A DNA stretch of 63,745 nucleotides, filler included, from Klebsormidium nitens (lineage: Eukaryota > Plantae > Klebsormidiophyceae), in the NCBI GenBank assembly GCA_000708835.1. It is 6 parts of 6 records of this genome, joined end to end, with 100 filler letters (N's around TTAATTAATTAA, not from the genome) between each part and the next. Parts side by side here need not be neighbours in the genome. Positions count along the whole stretch, not along the records: positions 59,928 to 62,413 come from DF238682.1; positions 62,514 to 63,745 come from DF237240.1; 4 more parts are not named here. One strand, written 5' to 3'. This document shows, in pieces, positions 61,524-63,745 of this stretch; the first letter of the stretch is position 1; each line of letters begins with the position of its first letter. The notes beneath the pieces were generated by a model that was not told the origin of the DNA, made no database searches, and saw only the letters and a list, made by a program, of their open reading frames with translations. A program made the translations under genes and the position numbers.

Positions 61524-62413
61524 GTCAAGCTCTTATTGCCCAGCTCGCACGCGCTGCCACCGCTGCTACATAGCAAGAGCGAATCGTCGTCATCGCCATT
61601 CCAGAGAGTTCACGGTTCTGCTGAAGTTGCTCCACGACAATTCTGAGTTGTGTGGTCACAAGGTGTCTCAATTGTTTGAATCCAGAAACATTGACTCAAT
61701 GGGCTCCATACTTGTAACACTGCCTCACAATGGCAGGGAGGTCCGTCTGAAAGACCTGCTCCCGCCTTGTGTTCCAGGGGGCGGTGCTGGGCATCAAGGC
61801 TCACGCGGTGCGCTACCTTGGGATGATGGTATCTCCCGACGAGTCGGTTCGCGTCTTCCTACCAACGGGGTCGGCGTCCCCTCCGCTTAGGCTGTACATG
61901 TCAGCGTGGGATCACAACGGTGAGGGCCGACCAAAGAAGTTGGGGAAGCCGGACAAGATGCACGCGCTGCCGGAGATTGTTTGGTTGGACACGCTTGGCG
62001 AGCTCTGCTGCTCGTGCGACCGGGGGCGGCTGATGGAGGACGCGCCGTGCGTGCACAAGCTGGCAATGGCGGCCATCAGCGAGAGCTGGGCCTTGACGGC
62101 GGAGCTGCCTACCCACGAGTCGCTCGGCAGAGGAGCAAGGGTTGAGCGGGTTGGAGCGGACGCGACGGGGAGCTACTTTGCGGTTGCCGACAACCTCCAA
62201 GGGCCGCCTGGCCCCCGGAGGCGCATGCTGTTCCGCAGAAGCAAGGGAGCTTGGTATTGCGAGGGCAAGCGCGAAGGGTGCCCAAGCCTCATGGACTGCT
62301 CACACGTCTCGGCAGCTAAAGCGGCTCTAAGGTTGGATTAGGGGGGCGTTTCTATGGCCGACCAGCTGATCTTGAGGCTTTCGGAACCCTTGTCGATAGC
62401 GGCGCTGAGCTCG
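60887..62413 (+). pseudogene. Spliced SWIM/Cys-His zinc-finger protein gene, probably transposon-associated; 3' truncated
   Basis: Exon 1 ends TE|GTGAGC (~61472), acceptor TTCCAG|GGG at 61778; CCSCDRGRLMEDAPCVHK and WYCEGKREGCPSLMDCSHV; in-frame TAG at 62339 with an open frame beyond. Confidence 0.55.
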
Positions 62414-62513
62414 NNNNNNNNNNNNNNNNNNNNNNNNNNNNNNNNNNNNNNNNNNNNTTAATTAATTAANNNNNNNNNNNNNNNNNNNNNNNNNNNNNNN
62501 NNNNNNNNNNNNN
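62414..62513. other. Artificial contig linker
   Basis: N44-TTAATTAATTAA-N44. Confidence 0.97.
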
Positions 62514-63745
62514 CGCGAATTAGGGAAGTTCGACCTTAAAGGACTGTACACGATATATACTTAGTATGTGTCGAACGTTGTCCAAGCCTACGCATGGGCG
62601 CCAAGGTATTTACCGGTACATCGATCAGAAATTGCTCATGTTAACCTCTGTAGGCCATACTATAGCATTCATTCTTTGATCAAATTCCTGCCATATCCAC
62701 TGGCATTCTGCCCTCTGTTACCAACTTCCCAATGTGCATAGCCCGCGTGGCAAGACACAGCCTGAGAAGGCGCGGTGGGGCAGCAAAAGTTGCAGCATTC
62801 GGCTGCATCATCCCCTGAGCGCAGCAATGTAGAGCATCTGGGCAGCTTCTCAAATGCTGGCGCAGGCCTTGGTGCGGTGGACCTCCAGACACTTGGCAGG
62901 CTTGGGGGATGCTGGCAGAATCTAGATCTCACTACAAGCATGAAGGGGAGCAACCTTCTCCTTACCGTTTCCTTGCATGCCTTTGCTTCTGCCTTCGCTG
63001 ATCTAGTGTCCATTCAGATGCTACCAATGCTTCAGCAAGTTTTACCACTCAACTACTCAAGGAGTGGCTAAAGCTTGACCGACCGAAGGCTATGCAAAAA
63101 CTGAAATTGGAAACGCTGATTGACTCTGCTTTTTCTTGTTTGTTGGTCTGCCGCGCATTCTGAAAGGTGGCATGCAATTTTGCCCAGAAGGAAGTGCGCT
63201 GCGTCCTCGCATCAGACTACCATCTAAATGCAAGCACTCCTTTGATCCTTGCAAAGGCTGAAACTCCATGCCTAAACATTGCGTGCATCACAAGCACAAG
63301 AATTCAGGGTTTTGAGCAGCCATTAAAGTGCTTGCACAACTCGCAAGTCAAAAATCTTGAACTTGTCGGTACCTTTTTCTTTTCCTCAGGAAGAGTTTTT
63401 TAAAGGCCGGTTCAAAAATCTGTGGGTCACACTCTATACAGGTGTGCACTGTTTGGTGGAAACCCCGATGAAGGCGACTGCACGAGACAAAGATGGGCGG
63501 GGCTGTACATGACCATGCGAGCATCACTCAAAATCAGCGCTGCCACAAGTTCTAGTACAGCTCGGAAAATCACATCCACTGAATAGCCCTAGTCTTTGAA
63601 AGTTGTAGTCTAGCCACACATCTAATTGGGTTTCCATCAAACAGTTGCATATACGAGTGAGGCATAGTATAGATTATGCATCTCAAAATTTAGGGTCTCG
63701 TTATGTAAACATTGCTTGTTGTGTAGGGATTGCTTAGTTTCATTC

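Noticed and set aside
3549-62513. Recurrent TTAATTAATTAA palindromes (PacI-like) flanking the virus, resembling target sites or TIRs
   Set aside because: They are embedded in identical N44 spacers at five places and are assembly linkers; no biological adjacency can be inferred
62514-63745. Possible exons in the last contig
   Set aside because: No recognisable domain or consistent splice model

Overview
Eukaryotic genomic DNA made of six contigs joined by artificial 100-nt linkers (N44-TTAATTAATTAA-N44), plus one 849-N gap, so adjacency across linkers is not evidence. The host genes (plant-type TCHQD GST, CWF18/CCDC12, YebC/TACO1, TOM7, all but TOM7 intron-rich) point to a streptophyte green alga, Klebsormidium-like (inference). 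The main discovery is contig 3649-16567: a compact, intron-free, decaying Polinton-like virus (PLV). It encodes a double-jelly-roll major capsid protein, a penton plus a possible second jelly-roll, an A32-type packaging ATPase, a roughly 1000-aa fibre carrying a bacteriophage-type module, a membrane-active-looking small protein and a giant-virus-type D5 primase-helicase. It shows no pPolB or integrase. It also has a TATAAA-ATG start motif and an origin-like array of inverted GGGAAGGG repeats around an AT palindrome. About 9-10 stops or frameshifts suggest it is an endogenous relic. The host contig also carries a fungal-type (UVI-1-like) secreted-protein gene with an intron (HGT candidate), a CWF18-duplicate/EF-hand chimeric pseudogene and an orphan exon. 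The right third is nested Copia and Gypsy (chromovirus) debris and a duplicated SWIM-finger transposon-like gene. Family assignments come from motif recognition by eye and memory; no database search was run.
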